From: Deltaproteobacteria bacterium
GTDB lineage: Bacteria > JACQOV01
Direction of reading: 5' to 3'
DNA length: 50,807 nt
Assembly (NCBI GenBank): GCA_016202395.1
Contig: JACQOV010000009.1
Coordinates: forward strand, 1-50,807
Part shown: one piece after another, positions 1 through 9,886 of the stretch
Position numbering within the stretch: the stretch's first letter is position 1
Layout: each line of letters starts with the position of its first letter
The notes under the pieces: generated by a model
The model's input: the letters and a program-made list of their open reading frames with translations, nothing else
Told to the model about the DNA's origin: nothing
Databases searched by the model: none
Translations under genes and position numbers: made by a program

Positions 1-18
1 CGGTAAGGACAAGCTTCA

Positions 19-399
19 CGGATCGACACCAATTGTGAGCCATCCGCTCCGCTGCTGTGCTCAGCTACAGAGGCACGGCTCGAAATGAACCGCTCATTCA
101 AAGACCTACCTCCCCTCACGGGTACCTCAAAAATCTCGTGGACGTTCGTTCGAGAAAAAACATCCCGGTGAATCCATAAAGCTGGAATTTGGAGGAGGTG
201 GAAAAAGTTCAGAGCGGCGACTAGCGGGAGGGAGCGGGTACCCACCGAGGGCGAGCCGGGCGAGGAAAGCCGGTTATACAGGAAGGCTTTTTCCCGCCGG
301 CTCGCCCCGGAAGGGTGCGAACGGAGCTTCGGAGCCGCTCGAACTTTTCCCACCGAATCAGCCAAAAATCTCGTGACGTTTGCTCAAAAAACATCGAAC
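19..399. repeat. Composite palindromic repeat/MITE-like element (modules A-T-B-T), copy 1
   Basis: 19-172 matches the reverse complement of 42640-42790. About 119-375 matches the reverse complement of about 14740-14995. Module B (197-354) is bounded by GGTGGAAAAAGTTC...GAACTTTTCCCACC. Confidence 0.9.
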
Positions 400-475
400 A
401 ACTTCTGTCCACACTGTGACAAAAATGCACGGTCTTGGCCCTTTCCAATCAAGAAAATTTTTAAAAGTATTTTAG

Positions 476-519
476 AATCAAGTAGTTATAAATTACCCCC
501 CACCGGCATGGATCTTGCA
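476..519 (+). promoter_or_regulatory. IHF site plus sigma54 (-24/-12) promoter of the HD-GYP gene
   Basis: AATCAAGTAGTTA (476-488) fits WATCAANNNNTTR. CCGGCATGGATCTTGCA (503-519) has GG-N10-GC spacing, 22 nt before ATG 542. Confidence 0.7.
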
Positions 520-541
520 TAAACCTTTACGTGAGCGGGCT

Positions 542-1531
542 ATGAAAGCAAAAGAATATCTAAAGGCGAACCGTCAGCTTTTCATCGCACTGGGAACCGT
601 CCTGGTAACGGGGCTTCTCCATTTCTTTTTGTTGGAATACCGAGCTTTCCTGAACCTCTATCTTTTGGTGGTTGTGGCAGCCGCTTATTTTCTAGGGCGA
701 AAGGAGGCCACCATGACCGCCTTTTTAGCCTATCTTTTTTCGGTGATCCTATTCCAACTCCCAGCCAGTGTAAAACCGGAAGGGATGTCCACAACAAAGA
801 ATCTCTCTTTTTGGTTGGATCTCAACACCTGGGGCTGCTTCTTGATTCTCACCGGTTATGCTATGGGAACCCTTTTTGAACATCGCCAAAAACAACTCCA
901 AGAACTCCAAGAGACGTACTACGGGATCCTCGAGATCCTCACCTATTTTCTATCGAAAGACGAGCCAACTCGCTGGCACTGCTGGCGAACCTCTGTTTAC
1001 GCTAAAAGGATCGCGGAAGAGATGGAATTAGGCCCAGAGGTCGTGGAAGACATCCGTGCCGCAGCGTTGCTCCATGATATCGGCAAATTGGACGTCAGCG
1101 CCAAGATACTTCACAAAGCCGCGAAACTCACACCGGAGGAGATAGTTCACCTTCGCACTCACGTGGAGCAAGGGGGACGTATTCTGGCCCCCGTAGGAGG
1201 AAGCCTCAAGAGGGTCATTCCTCTTATTATTAATCATCACGAAAGGATGGATGGCAGTGGCTACTTCAAAAAAGGAGGGGACGATATCCCCCTGGGAGCC
1301 CGAGTGATCGCTGTTGCCGACACCTATGATGCGATGGTGGTAAAAAGGGTCTACCAAAAACAGTTCACCGATGAAGAAGCCAGGGCCTATATTGTAGGGC
1401 AATCTGGAAAACTGCTCGATCCCAAAGTCGTTCAGGCCTTCGATCGCCTCTATCAACGCGGAGAGATGAAGGTCACCGAAGCAGAGGTTGAAGAGAGCCT
1501 ACACGTCTCCCCGCTGCGCCTCGCCTCTTAA
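542..1531 (+). CDS. Membrane-anchored HD-GYP domain protein (putative cyclic-dinucleotide phosphodiesterase)
   Basis: About four N-terminal hydrophobic helices; [34 protein letters not shown] motifs. ATG 542 preferred because TTG 515 lies inside the promoter. Confidence 0.88.
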   Translation: MKAKEYLKANRQLFIALGTVLVTGLLHFFLLEYRAFLNLYLLVVVAAAYFLGRKEATMTAFLAYLFSVILFQLPASVKPEGMSTTKNLSFWLDLNTWGCFLILTGYAMGTLFEHRQKQLQELQETYYGILEILTYFLSKDEPTRWHCWRTSVYAKRIAEEMELGPEVVEDIRAAALLHDIGKLDVSAKILHKAAKLTPEEIVHLRTHVEQGGRILAPVGGSLKRVIPLIINHHERMDGSGYFKKGGDDIPLGARVIAVADTYDAMVVKRVYQKQFTDEEARAYIVGQSGKLLDPKVVQAFDRLYQRGEMKVTEAEVEESLHVSPLRLAS

Positions 1532-1587
1532 CCCCGTTGACATTCCGTCCTTCTGAGATAAGCTCAAGGACACCTCTAAAAAAGAGT

Positions 1588-3753
1588 ATGATAGTAAGAC
1601 TCTCAGCACATTGGATATTGCTTCTGCTAGGTCTACTCGCTATGATCTCTGCGTGCTCCAGAAAAGAGGAACAAATCACCCCCTCCTCCCAACAGGAGAG
1701 CCTCGTGAACGTTGAAGGTCGAGACCCGAATCGATTGATCCGCGAGAAGAGCCCTTATCTTCTGCAGCACGCCTACAACCCCGTTCAATGGTATCCGTGG
1801 GGAGAAGTGGCTTTGAAAGCGGCTAAAGAGAAAGACCTTCCCATTTTTTTGAGCATCGGTTATTCGACCTGCCATTGGTGCCATGTGATGGAACGGGAGT
1901 CGTTTGAAAACGAGGAGATTGCGAAGATCTTAAACGAAAATTTTGTTCCGATTAAAGTGGACCGAGAGGAACGTCCCGATATCGATGAAATTTACATGGA
2001 CGCCGTTCAAGCCCTTACGGGAAGCGGTGGATGGCCCTTGTCCGTTTTTCTAACGCCCCAGTTAGAGCCTTTTTACGGCGGCACCTATTTCCCTCCCGAC
2101 GATTCCTACGGACGTCCCGGATTCAAGCGAGTGTTGCAAAACATCACCGATTCCTGGAAAAATCGCCGAGATCAGATTGAGAAAGCCGGCGGGCAGATGA
2201 TCGCTCACCTCGAGCAGGTGATGCAAAAGGGAGAGTTCAAGGAGGTATGGAACTCTGGGATTCTGGACGCCGCTTATCATCAACTGAACCCACAGTTTGA
2301 TCGGTTTTACGGCGGTTTTGGCGACGCTCCCAAGTTTCCACGCAGTATGACCCTTTCCTTCCTCCTTCGATACCATCGGCAGAAGAAAGAGCCTTTTGCG
2401 CTTCAAATGGTGGAGATGACCCTCGATGGAATGATGAATGGAGGGATTTACGATCAGTTGGGTGGAGGATTCCATCGCTACGCAACCGATGAGAAATGGC
2501 TGGTGCCGCACTTTGAGAAGATGCTCTACGACAACGCCCTTTTAGCAAAAACGTACCTGGAAGCTTATCAAATCACTCAAAAACCGCAGTACGCTCGAAT
2601 TGCGCGAGAAACGCTCGATTCTATTCTACGCGATATGACCGATTCCCAAGGAGGGTTTTACTCCGCAGAAGATGCCGATAGCGAAGGGCACGAAGGGCTT
2701 TTTTATCTCTGGACAAAAGAAGAGATTGAAAAGATTATAACTAAAGAAGAAGCGGAATGGATCATTGCGATCTATGGGGTCACCTCTCATGGAAATTTTG
2801 AAGGAAAAAACATCCTTCATCTTTCGAAACCGATTGATGAACTCGCTGAAGAACGAGGAATCTCTGTTGAAGAGCTATGGAAGAAACTAGAAAAACCGCG
2901 GAAAAAACTCTTTGAGGCCCGTGAGAAGAGGATCCATCCTCATAAAGACGATAAGATTCTTGTCGAGTGGAATGGTCTCATGATCTCCGCGATGGCCTAT
3001 GGCTATCAAGTTTTGGGAGAGACGCGATACCAGGACGCTGCTCGCCGATCCGCAGAGTTTATCCTCTCGAACCTCAAAGACAAGGAAGGGAAGCTCCTTC
3101 GACGCTATCGAGAGAAGGAGGCAGGCCTCCCTCCTCATCTCAATGACTACGCCTTCTTCATCCAAGGGCTGATCGACCTCTACGAATCCACTTTGGAGCC
3201 CCATTGGCTCAAAGAGGCCATGAGCTTGAACCAAAAAATGCTGGAGCTTTTTTGGGATTCTAAAGAAGGGGGGCTTTTCTCAACGATTCCTCGCGCGGAT
3301 CTGATCGTCCGTCACAAAGACGCCTACGATGGCGCCATCCCTTCGGGTAATTCGATGGCTGCCCTGAATTTACTGCGACTCTCGGAATTTACGAACGACA
3401 AAGAGCTCCGTAAAAAAGCGGAGGCGATCTTTAATGCGTTTGGAAATCTGCTGGAGGGGAGCCCTAGCGTCTATCCCCAAATGCTCTGTGCCGTCGACTT
3501 TGCGGTAGACACGCCTAAGGAGATCGTTATTGCTGGCGAGATAGGAAAGGGGGCTGAGAGGCTCGTGGATATTGTTTACAAGATATTTATCCCCAACAAG
3601 ATTCTGCTTCTCGCCAACGAAAGATTGGACCTCCCCATTTTAAAAGGGAAAAAGCCGCTCGAAGGGAAAGCCACCGCTTACGTCTGTGAAAACTTCACCT
3701 GCGATCTCCCCACCACCGACCCCAACGTCATGAAAAAGCAATTGTTAGATTAG
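1588..3753 (+). CDS. YyaL/SSP411 (DUF255) thioredoxin-domain protein with lipoprotein-like signal
   Basis: [45 protein letters not shown]; signal LLAMISAC. Start could be anywhere from 1537 to 1588. Confidence 0.9.
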   Translation: MIVRLSAHWILLLLGLLAMISACSRKEEQITPSSQQESLVNVEGRDPNRLIREKSPYLLQHAYNPVQWYPWGEVALKAAKEKDLPIFLSIGYSTCHWCHVMERESFENEEIAKILNENFVPIKVDREERPDIDEIYMDAVQALTGSGGWPLSVFLTPQLEPFYGGTYFPPDDSYGRPGFKRVLQNITDSWKNRRDQIEKAGGQMIAHLEQVMQKGEFKEVWNSGILDAAYHQLNPQFDRFYGGFGDAPKFPRSMTLSFLLRYHRQKKEPFALQMVEMTLDGMMNGGIYDQLGGGFHRYATDEKWLVPHFEKMLYDNALLAKTYLEAYQITQKPQYARIARETLDSILRDMTDSQGGFYSAEDADSEGHEGLFYLWTKEEIEKIITKEEAEWIIAIYGVTSHGNFEGKNILHLSKPIDELAEERGISVEELWKKLEKPRKKLFEAREKRIHPHKDDKILVEWNGLMISAMAYGYQVLGETRYQDAARRSAEFILSNLKDKEGKLLRRYREKEAGLPPHLNDYAFFIQGLIDLYESTLEPHWLKEAMSLNQKMLELFWDSKEGGLFSTIPRADLIVRHKDAYDGAIPSGNSMAALNLLRLSEFTNDKELRKKAEAIFNAFGNLLEGSPSVYPQMLCAVDFAVDTPKEIVIAGEIGKGAERLVDIVYKIFIPNKILLLANERLDLPILKGKKPLEGKATAYVCENFTCDLPTTDPNVMKKQLLD

Positions 3754-3805
3754 AGAGGCATTCCTATTGCGGCATCTTCTTCAGAATGATATTCTGGGGA
3801 AAGCC

Positions 3806-4276
3806 ATGTCGGAATATCTGAAAACGGCCAGGGCTTTTACCAAGTTATTGAAGAGGCATCTTAAAGATCGGCTAGTGAGCGTTGTTCTTTATGGTTCCGT
3901 AGCCAGTGGCCAAGAAACCTCCGAATCGGATGTTGATCTTTTATTGGTGATCCGAGAAATGAATGAAGGACATTATCGCCGTCGTTTGTTGTTAGATCCC
4001 ATTTTTGAAGAATGGGATCGCGCACAAAAGGATCCTAAACCTTTTATCTCCACGATCCTAAAGACCCCGGAAGAGGCTCAGAAACTATCAGCCATCTATT
4101 TTGATATGGTGGATCGAAGCCAAATTCTTGTGGATCGAGATAACTTTTTTCGAAATATTTTGAAGAATGTTGAAACGCGTTTAATCCGGCTCGGAGCGAA
4201 ACGCCGGAGACTAGGAAAGATAGAGTACTGGGACCTCAAACCGGATTACAAGCCCGGGGAGATCTTCGAGATATGA
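3806..4276 (+). CDS. MNT-type nucleotidyltransferase (antitoxin of MNT-HEPN pair)
   Basis: VVLYGSVASG...SDVDLLLV motif; ATGA overlap with the HEPN gene. Confidence 0.85.
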   Translation: MSEYLKTARAFTKLLKRHLKDRLVSVVLYGSVASGQETSESDVDLLLVIREMNEGHYRRRLLLDPIFEEWDRAQKDPKPFISTILKTPEEAQKLSAIYFDMVDRSQILVDRDNFFRNILKNVETRLIRLGAKRRRLGKIEYWDLKPDYKPGEIFEI

Positions 4277-4674
4277 CCAATCAAGATTTTGCCAAAAGCT
4301 ATCGGGCCAATGCCCAGCAAATTTTAAAAGAGGCTGAGTCTTTATTTGAAAATAAAGCTTGGCATCTGGTGGTGCGACGCTCTCAAGAATGTGTAGAACT
4401 GTTGCTGAAGGCTTTGCTTCGTGAAGCCGGGATTGAGGTTCCTAAACTGCATGATGTGGGATCTCTTTTGTTGAGCCATTCGGATCGCTTTCCCAACCTT
4501 CCCATTGAAAGACTGGTGGCGATCTCTCGACGACTCCGACAAGAACGAGAAATCAGTTTTTATGGGGATGATCTCACACAAACCCCTCCCGATAAACTCT
4601 ACGACCAACAAGACGCGGAACAGGCTCTGCGAGACACCCGTTTCGCTTATTCCACTCTAAGGAGCCAAACCTGA
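4273..4674 (+). CDS. HEPN domain protein (toxin of MNT-HEPN pair)
   Basis: SQECVELLLKALL, PKLHDVG, REISFYGD motifs; coupled to the MNT gene. Confidence 0.85.
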   Translation: MTNQDFAKSYRANAQQILKEAESLFENKAWHLVVRRSQECVELLLKALLREAGIEVPKLHDVGSLLLSHSDRFPNLPIERLVAISRRLRQEREISFYGDDLTQTPPDKLYDQQDAEQALRDTRFAYSTLRSQT

Positions 4675-4748
4675 TTTTTAGAAAATCCCACAACAGGCAC
4701 ATCCTGTTCCAACCTCTCTGGAAATGGCTCATCACAAGCCAGTGATCC

Positions 4749-6470
4749 TTATGAACAGTTTAAATCGAGTTGGATGGAATCTTCAACTGGGCCAAAAGCG
4801 GAACTATCAACAACAAGTTTCAGATAAACGGTCCCTTCAAAAACTCCCAACGGCGCGCACAAATCCAGATTTTCAAATAAAATTCCAGAGGCTGAACCTG
4901 ACTTCGTTTCGGTTAATGATTGCCACTGAATCGAATCTAGAGAGTATTGCAAGGAATAGTCCCCTTTTGCAAGCCCTCTTATGGTAATCGGACTTTCTAC
5001 CTGAATGGAGATACTTTTAGGGTAGTTGGTAATAAAAGCGCGGGCGATCTGAATCGCGTTGCGGTCTTCAAAAACATTTCCTTCCGAGTCAAAAACGCGA
5101 AGGCGCAAGGTATAAACGCCATCCTCTCCTTGAGGTAAAAGATCGGCGTTGAGGGAGTCTAAATTCCCCTCAAGAGTCTCTTCGTAGCCCTCCGTAATCA
5201 CCTGCCAATCTTCCTGCGCAGGCTCCACACCTAGGGCATAGCTCAACTCATAATGATCAAACTCACTATGGGGGCAGTTTGCAATCCCTTGAATCGAGAT
5301 CGTCCCTTCAACGATGCTCCAAGCGTTCCGATACTCTCGCCCTCCATGCCATGTCACCTCGAGATTCTCATCGTAGTGATTCACGGTTGGAGAAAGGATG
5401 TTAGCCTCACACACGGGAGTATTCCATTCCAGGGCCTTTAAAGCGTTGACTCTGCCATATCCTATCTCCGCGTCGAAATCCTTGTCCGAAACCTTATCGG
5501 CGGAAAGGCGCAAAATTTGACGCACTTCTTCAGACGTCAAATCTGGATTTTTCGAAAGGAGAAGAGCAACGACACCCGAAACAAGGGGGGCTGCTTGGCT
5601 GGTCCCATCGAGATTTCCGTAGGTATTCCCTGAAAAAGCAGACCAGATATCGACTCCCGGAGCGCCAATCTCCCCAGTATTCGAGAAAGAAGGGGCATTA
5701 TCTCCGTAATCCGTGGCAGCAACAGCAAGAGCCCTCTCGCAGTTGGCAGGGGCCTGAGTGAATGCGTTCGTTCCATTGTTTCCAGCAGAAGCGATAACAA
5801 TGGCCCCTAAAGAGGTCGCCGCATCGACCATGTTACAGATCTCGGGATTCGGTCCATAATGCTCCGAATCTTTCCAACTATTATTCAAAACTCGATCCCC
5901 TCGCGCCAAAGCGGTTAACATCCCAGCCCCCTTGGGCCCGGGATCACTGCAACCATTGGAGGTGGTGTGATAAAACGAAAACGTCGCATGAGGAGCCATT
6001 CCAAGAATCGTCCCCGCTACATGCGTTCCATGATCTTCATCATCTCCTGAAAAAGCAAAAGGAAAATCCGAGCGCTCTAAATCGATGTGCCCTTCAAAGA
6101 CTTTGTGATAAGGATCGATCCCGTTGTCGATCACAGCAACACGAACTCCTTGCCCTTCACTCCACTCCCAAGCCTCTTGGGTTTTGACTCTTTCAAATTC
6201 CCATAGATAAGAACCGTCGGGGCTCCAAGTTTGATTGAGGAAAAAATCGTTCAAAACCTCGGTCGCATCAGAGGAAGAATCCGAAGGGATGGAATCGCTT
6301 GCCGTACGGGTCGCGGAGGAAAGATTCTGTTCTGTGACTCCTTCATCAACACAAATAGAGATCCCAGCGATCTTGATCGAGGGCTCTTCTTTGCCACCGC
6401 AGGCCGAAGCCAAAAGGGCCAAAAGTATCAAAACAGTCCAACTATTATATTTCCCGTTTCTCTTCATCAC
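4749..6470 (-). CDS. S8 subtilisin-family serine peptidase, predicted lipoprotein, with C-terminal beta-rich domains
   Basis: Triad motifs VAVIDNG, HGTHVAG, GTSQAAPLVSG; oxyanion SAGN; lipobox LASAC. Confidence 0.92.
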   Translation of the reverse strand: MMKRNGKYNSWTVLILLALLASACGGKEEPSIKIAGISICVDEGVTEQNLSSATRTASDSIPSDSSSDATEVLNDFFLNQTWSPDGSYLWEFERVKTQEAWEWSEGQGVRVAVIDNGIDPYHKVFEGHIDLERSDFPFAFSGDDEDHGTHVAGTILGMAPHATFSFYHTTSNGCSDPGPKGAGMLTALARGDRVLNNSWKDSEHYGPNPEICNMVDAATSLGAIVIASAGNNGTNAFTQAPANCERALAVAATDYGDNAPSFSNTGEIGAPGVDIWSAFSGNTYGNLDGTSQAAPLVSGVVALLLSKNPDLTSEEVRQILRLSADKVSDKDFDAEIGYGRVNALKALEWNTPVCEANILSPTVNHYDENLEVTWHGGREYRNAWSIVEGTISIQGIANCPHSEFDHYELSYALGVEPAQEDWQVITEGYEETLEGNLDSLNADLLPQGEDGVYTLRLRVFDSEGNVFEDRNAIQIARAFITNYPKSISIQVESPITIRGLAKGDYSLQYSLDSIQWQSLTETKSGSASGILFENLDLCAPLGVFEGTVYLKLVVDSSAFGPVEDSIQLDLNCS

Positions 6471-6480
6471 CCTCTATTAA

Positions 6481-6523
6481 AGCAATAATCGTGCCACGGA
6501 TCCCTTTTTTTAAGATTATGATT
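6481..6523 (-). promoter_or_regulatory. Sigma54 promoter and IHF-like site upstream of the S8 peptidase
   Basis: Minus-strand TGGCACGATTATTGCT (6496-6481) is a near-perfect RpoN consensus. AATCATAATCTTA (6523-6511) is one mismatch from the IHF consensus. Confidence 0.8.
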
Positions 6524-6665
6524 TTAAAGGGGTTTTTATTCCGACCTCTTGTCCAACTGTTAAAGATTTTTAACAGTAAAAGGGGCTATTTTATCTATCC
6601 GATTGAAACTAAAGGGGTTTATGATGTGTAAAAATGTACAACACAAATGTGAAGTTTTCTTAACA

Positions 6666-7616
6666 CTAGAAACGATATTCAAGGGCAATTCCAAGCAAAT
6701 CGGATTGAGCCATAGGGACAGGTTGGACAGGCAGATTCCTCTGGTGGAAAGCCACGGTAGCTCTACCAATGGCTGTTCCCAAAGCGGCGCTAAAAAAGAC
6801 GTCGCTGGCCCAATGGGCATTCTCTGTGATCCTTTCCACCCCAATCGCTCCAGCAAAACTATAAGCGAGAACCCCAACCCACCAAACAGGGTATTCGGCA
6901 TGAACGGTAGAGGCGAGCGAAAAAATAAAGGCCGTGTGACCTGATGGAAAAGAACGTTGACTATCAAACCAATCGAAATCATGAGGCCCCTCCCCTTTCC
7001 ATGGCCGGGCTCGCCCAAAAATCCGCTTTAATCCGTAAACGATCCCTGCTTGAATGGCGGCAGCTTCTAAAACCTCCATTGAGGTTCGCTTCGCTCGATC
7101 ATCCTTGAGAAGAATTCCCGCACTCCCAAAACCGACCCATAGGCCGGTCAATGTCAGATACGTCCCCCACGGCTTTGTAAACTCCTCAAACTCTTCAAAA
7201 AGATCTCTTCCATGTTCAAAACGTTCATCTTGAACAGAGTTTTTGATGTTTTCATCCAACGCAAGTATCAACCCTGCAGTGACACTGAGCGTGCCTCCCG
7301 CTAATAACCAATCGGTCTGATCCCAACGAACAGGAGCGGTTAGAACATACCCCGTGGTCTTCACTAAATCTTTGGTAAAATAAACAGGAGCTTGAACAAT
7401 CTCCTTCAGAACCTCTTTATTTCGCATCTCACAAAAGGCAGGTCTAAAATGCGAAAAAACAAGTAGCAAAAAGAGTAAAAAATAGCGTCGAGACTTGAAG
7501 ATTCCCGCAGCAAGCTGCGGGGAATCTCCGAAATGTAAGGATGAAGGCTTATTATATATTTCGCGCGCTAACCCCGCGGCAAGCCGCGGGGAATGCGCGC
7601 GCGATTGCATTTTCAC
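6666..7616 (-). CDS. PAP2-family phosphatase, exported/membrane; N-terminal 40 aa repeat-derived
   Basis: KRIFGRARP, SFPSGHT, ERITENAHWASDV motifs. The GTG start overlaps the upstream TGA (GTGA). Confidence 0.88.
   Translation of the reverse strand: MKMQSRAHSPRLAAGLAREIYNKPSSLHFGDSPQLAAGIFKSRRYFLLFLLLVFSHFRPAFCEMRNKEVLKEIVQAPVYFTKDLVKTTGYVLTAPVRWDQTDWLLAGGTLSVTAGLILALDENIKNSVQDERFEHGRDLFEEFEEFTKPWGTYLTLTGLWVGFGSAGILLKDDRAKRTSMEVLEAAAIQAGIVYGLKRIFGRARPWKGEGPHDFDWFDSQRSFPSGHTAFIFSLASTVHAEYPVWWVGVLAYSFAGAIGVERITENAHWASDVFFSAALGTAIGRATVAFHQRNLPVQPVPMAQSDLLGIALEYRF
7496..7615. mobile_element. 120-bp non-autonomous element with two hairpins
   Basis: Hairpins CCCGCAGC-AA-GCTGCGGG (7504-7521) and CCCCGCGGC-AA-GCCGCGGGG (7572-7591); short imperfect inverted ends TGAAGAT/ATTTTCA. 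Confidence 0.65.
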
Positions 7617-7756
7617 TCTTCTTCATCCTCAGGGGCTTCGGGAAGATTTTTGGCACGCAGCACTTTTTTCATACAAAAGATCACGAGCCCCGTTAGAAGT
7701 CCCCAGGCGCTGATCATAAAGATCCATCCGGCTGTGGTAAGCCCTGCTCCTTCCAT
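7613..7756 (-). CDS. 47-aa single-TM protein, probable NSS transporter small subunit (MetS-like); not in ORF track
   Basis: MEGAGLTTAGWIFMISAWGLLTGLVIFCMKKVLRAKNLPEAPEDEEE*; its ATG directly follows the NSS TAA stop. Confidence 0.8.
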   Translation of the reverse strand: MEGAGLTTAGWIFMISAWGLLTGLVIFCMKKVLRAKNLPEAPEDEEE

Positions 7757-9301
7757 TTAGGTTCTCTCCTTTTTACGGCGCCATGCGTAATAGATCATCA
7801 CTAATAAAGCCAAAAAGATCGCCGTCAATGTGAGTCGCGCCGCAATCACAAAAGGGAAATCTTCTTTGGAGACCCCCACGAGCATGAGGTTATCCCAAAA
7901 TTTCTGATAAAACCAGATCACGAGGATCGTTCCAATATAAACGGGGGTAACGAATTTCAAGATGAAATAGAAAATCTTGGGAACATGAATCGCCGCTCCT
8001 TTGTTCATCTCCTTCCAACCTTTAACCATCCCAAACACCCAAGCGAACAGAACCACTTCAACAAAGGCTAAACAGACTGGAGCGAGTGTTCCTGCCCAAA
8101 AATCAAATTCATCAAGAAACCCATGAGGGAGCAAGAAAATAATTGGCTGAGCCAAAATAAACCAAACAACCCCAAAGACAACCACAGATCGACGGCGACT
8201 CCAACTAAATTCATCTTGTAAAAATGCAAGGATCGGCTGAGCCATCGAAACAGAAGAGGTAATTGCCGCAAAGAAGAGAAGTAAAAACCACAGAGTCCCC
8301 GCGATCTCTCCCAAAGGGATCTTTTGAAAAATCACAGGCATCGCCTGAAACCCCAGATCAAATGCCCCTCCCGCAGCGATTTCCCGCGCCTGAACCAAGC
8401 CAAAAAAGGCCACAGCCGCAGGGATCGCTAAAGTTCCTCCCAAAATCACTTCCGCGAATTCATTTAAACTTCCGGTAGCGAGCCCTGATAAAGCGACATC
8501 TTCTTTCTCCCGCATGTAGCTCGCATAGGTAACAATGGCGCCCAACCCTACACTCAACGTAAAGAAGATCTGCCCCGCAGCAGCCAGCCAAACGGAGATG
8601 TTCCCAAGCTCTTTAAAATTGGGGTTCCAGATAAAACCTAAACCGGCAGAAATAGATCGATCCGGATAGGTCGGGTCGGGAGTCCCAAAAGTAAGCACTC
8701 GGATAACGAGAAGGATGGCAAACAGGAAAAGCATCGGCATGGCGATTTTGGCTAATCGTTCAATTCCCTTCACGATCCCATGCCAAAGGATCCAAATATT
8801 CAGTCCGAAAGTAACTAAGAAAAAGAGGTAGGCTGGAGAAAGAGAGGAAAAGTATTGATTGAATTCCACCCCTTGAAACCCACGCAGAAATGCTCCCATA
8901 GCTTCCCGTGTCTCCGCTCCAAAATATTTTCCTGTGAGAGAAAAAAAACTAAAAGCCAATGTCCAGGATCCCACATAAACGTAATAGATGTTAATAACCA
9001 GTGGAATAAAGAGTCCCAAAACCCCTAGATATTTAGCCGCGGGATGAGACCAAAGAAGCGCAAATATCCCTGGCGTGCTTCCATGGCGATGCCTTCCCCC
9101 CATTCGGCCGATGCTGAGCTCGACCCATAGGAGAGGGATCCCCAAAAGGAGAAGAGCGATGAAATAAGGGATCATGAAGGCTCCGCCACCGTTCTCAGCC
9201 GCTTGAACCGGAAAACGGAGAAAATTCCCAAGACCAATGGCGTTCCCGACAATGGCCAAAATAAGTCCCATTTTCGTCGCCCATTGTTCCCGTTGTTTCA
9301 T
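7757..9301 (-). CDS. Sodium-dependent transporter, NSS/SNF family
   Basis: REQW...GNAIGLGNFLRFP...ENGGGAFMIPY; AAAGQIFFTLSVG; about 12 TM segments. Confidence 0.95.
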   Translation of the reverse strand: MKQREQWATKMGLILAIVGNAIGLGNFLRFPVQAAENGGGAFMIPYFIALLLLGIPLLWVELSIGRMGGRHRHGSTPGIFALLWSHPAAKYLGVLGLFIPLVINIYYVYVGSWTLAFSFFSLTGKYFGAETREAMGAFLRGFQGVEFNQYFSSLSPAYLFFLVTFGLNIWILWHGIVKGIERLAKIAMPMLFLFAILLVIRVLTFGTPDPTYPDRSISAGLGFIWNPNFKELGNISVWLAAAGQIFFTLSVGLGAIVTYASYMREKEDVALSGLATGSLNEFAEVILGGTLAIPAAVAFFGLVQAREIAAGGAFDLGFQAMPVIFQKIPLGEIAGTLWFLLLFFAAITSSVSMAQPILAFLQDEFSWSRRRSVVVFGVVWFILAQPIIFLLPHGFLDEFDFWAGTLAPVCLAFVEVVLFAWVFGMVKGWKEMNKGAAIHVPKIFYFILKFVTPVYIGTILVIWFYQKFWDNLMLVGVSKEDFPFVIAARLTLTAIFLALLVMIYYAWRRKKERT

Positions 9302-9335
9302 GAGTAGAACGTTACTTAATACCAACTCAGGGAAC

Positions 9336-9364
9336 TTGTCAAATAGATATAGAATAAGTATAAT
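9336..9364 (+). promoter_or_regulatory. Sigma70 promoter of the BrnT-type TA operon
   Basis: TTGTCA-17 nt-TATAAT, ending 11 nt before ATG 9376. Confidence 0.75.
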
Positions 9365-9375
9365 TAATATACCCT

Positions 9376-9657
9376 ATGGAATTTGAGTGGAATCCTGCGA
9401 AAAGTGAGGCAAATAGAATTAAACATGGAATTGGCTTTGAAGAGGCAACTGCGCTATGGGATGACGCATATTTCGAAGTCAAAGAAATAGCTCGGTCTAA
9501 AGATGGAGAAACTAGGAATGCAACGTTGGGCAAAATGGGTGACAAAATCTATGTTGCTATATGGACAGAGAGAGGGAATAAAGCCCGTTTAATTACAGTA
9601 AGGAGGGCAAGAAAAAATGAAAAAGAGATCTTCCTTAAAAAGATTCAAGACTTCTGA
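9376..9657 (+). CDS. BrnT-family toxin
   Basis: MEFEWNPAKSEANRIKHGIGFEEA...RLITVRRARKNE. Confidence 0.92.
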   Translation: MEFEWNPAKSEANRIKHGIGFEEATALWDDAYFEVKEIARSKDGETRNATLGKMGDKIYVAIWTERGNKARLITVRRARKNEKEIFLKKIQDF

Positions 9658-9874
9658 GGAAATGGACGCTTATTTAGAGAAGCATGATCTTGGAGCAGAA
9701 TTTGCGCGCCGAGGCGTCGTTGCCGCAGGTGTAACCAAAAAAATAAACTTGGATCTGCCTGAACCCATCATTCAGGAAATTGACGAGGTCGCAGATCGTG
9801 TAGGGGTCGCACGACAGCCTTTGCTCAAAATGTGGATTTATCAAATGCTCAAAACAGAGAAAAAAGCAGCATAA
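9617..9874 (+). CDS. CopG/BrnA-type RHH antitoxin
   Basis: FKTSEEMDAYLEKHDL...KKINLDLP...GVARQPLLKMWI; overlaps the toxin gene. Confidence 0.85.
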   Translation: MKKRSSLKRFKTSEEMDAYLEKHDLGAEFARRGVVAAGVTKKINLDLPEPIIQEIDEVADRVGVARQPLLKMWIYQMLKTEKKAA

Positions 9875-9886
9875 GGCCTGTCAAAG

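Noticed and set aside
19-399. Recurrent ~40-bp module as a CRISPR repeat
   Set aside because: Copies are degenerate, in mixed orientation, separated by long palindromic cargo that is itself repeated, and no cas genes are present.
221-448. ORFs 221..448(-), 14739..15086(-), 14754..15353(+), 14762..15148(+) and 42641..42838(-) as a protein family
   Set aside because: Their similarity is simply translation of the shared repeat modules; there are no protein motifs or translation signals.
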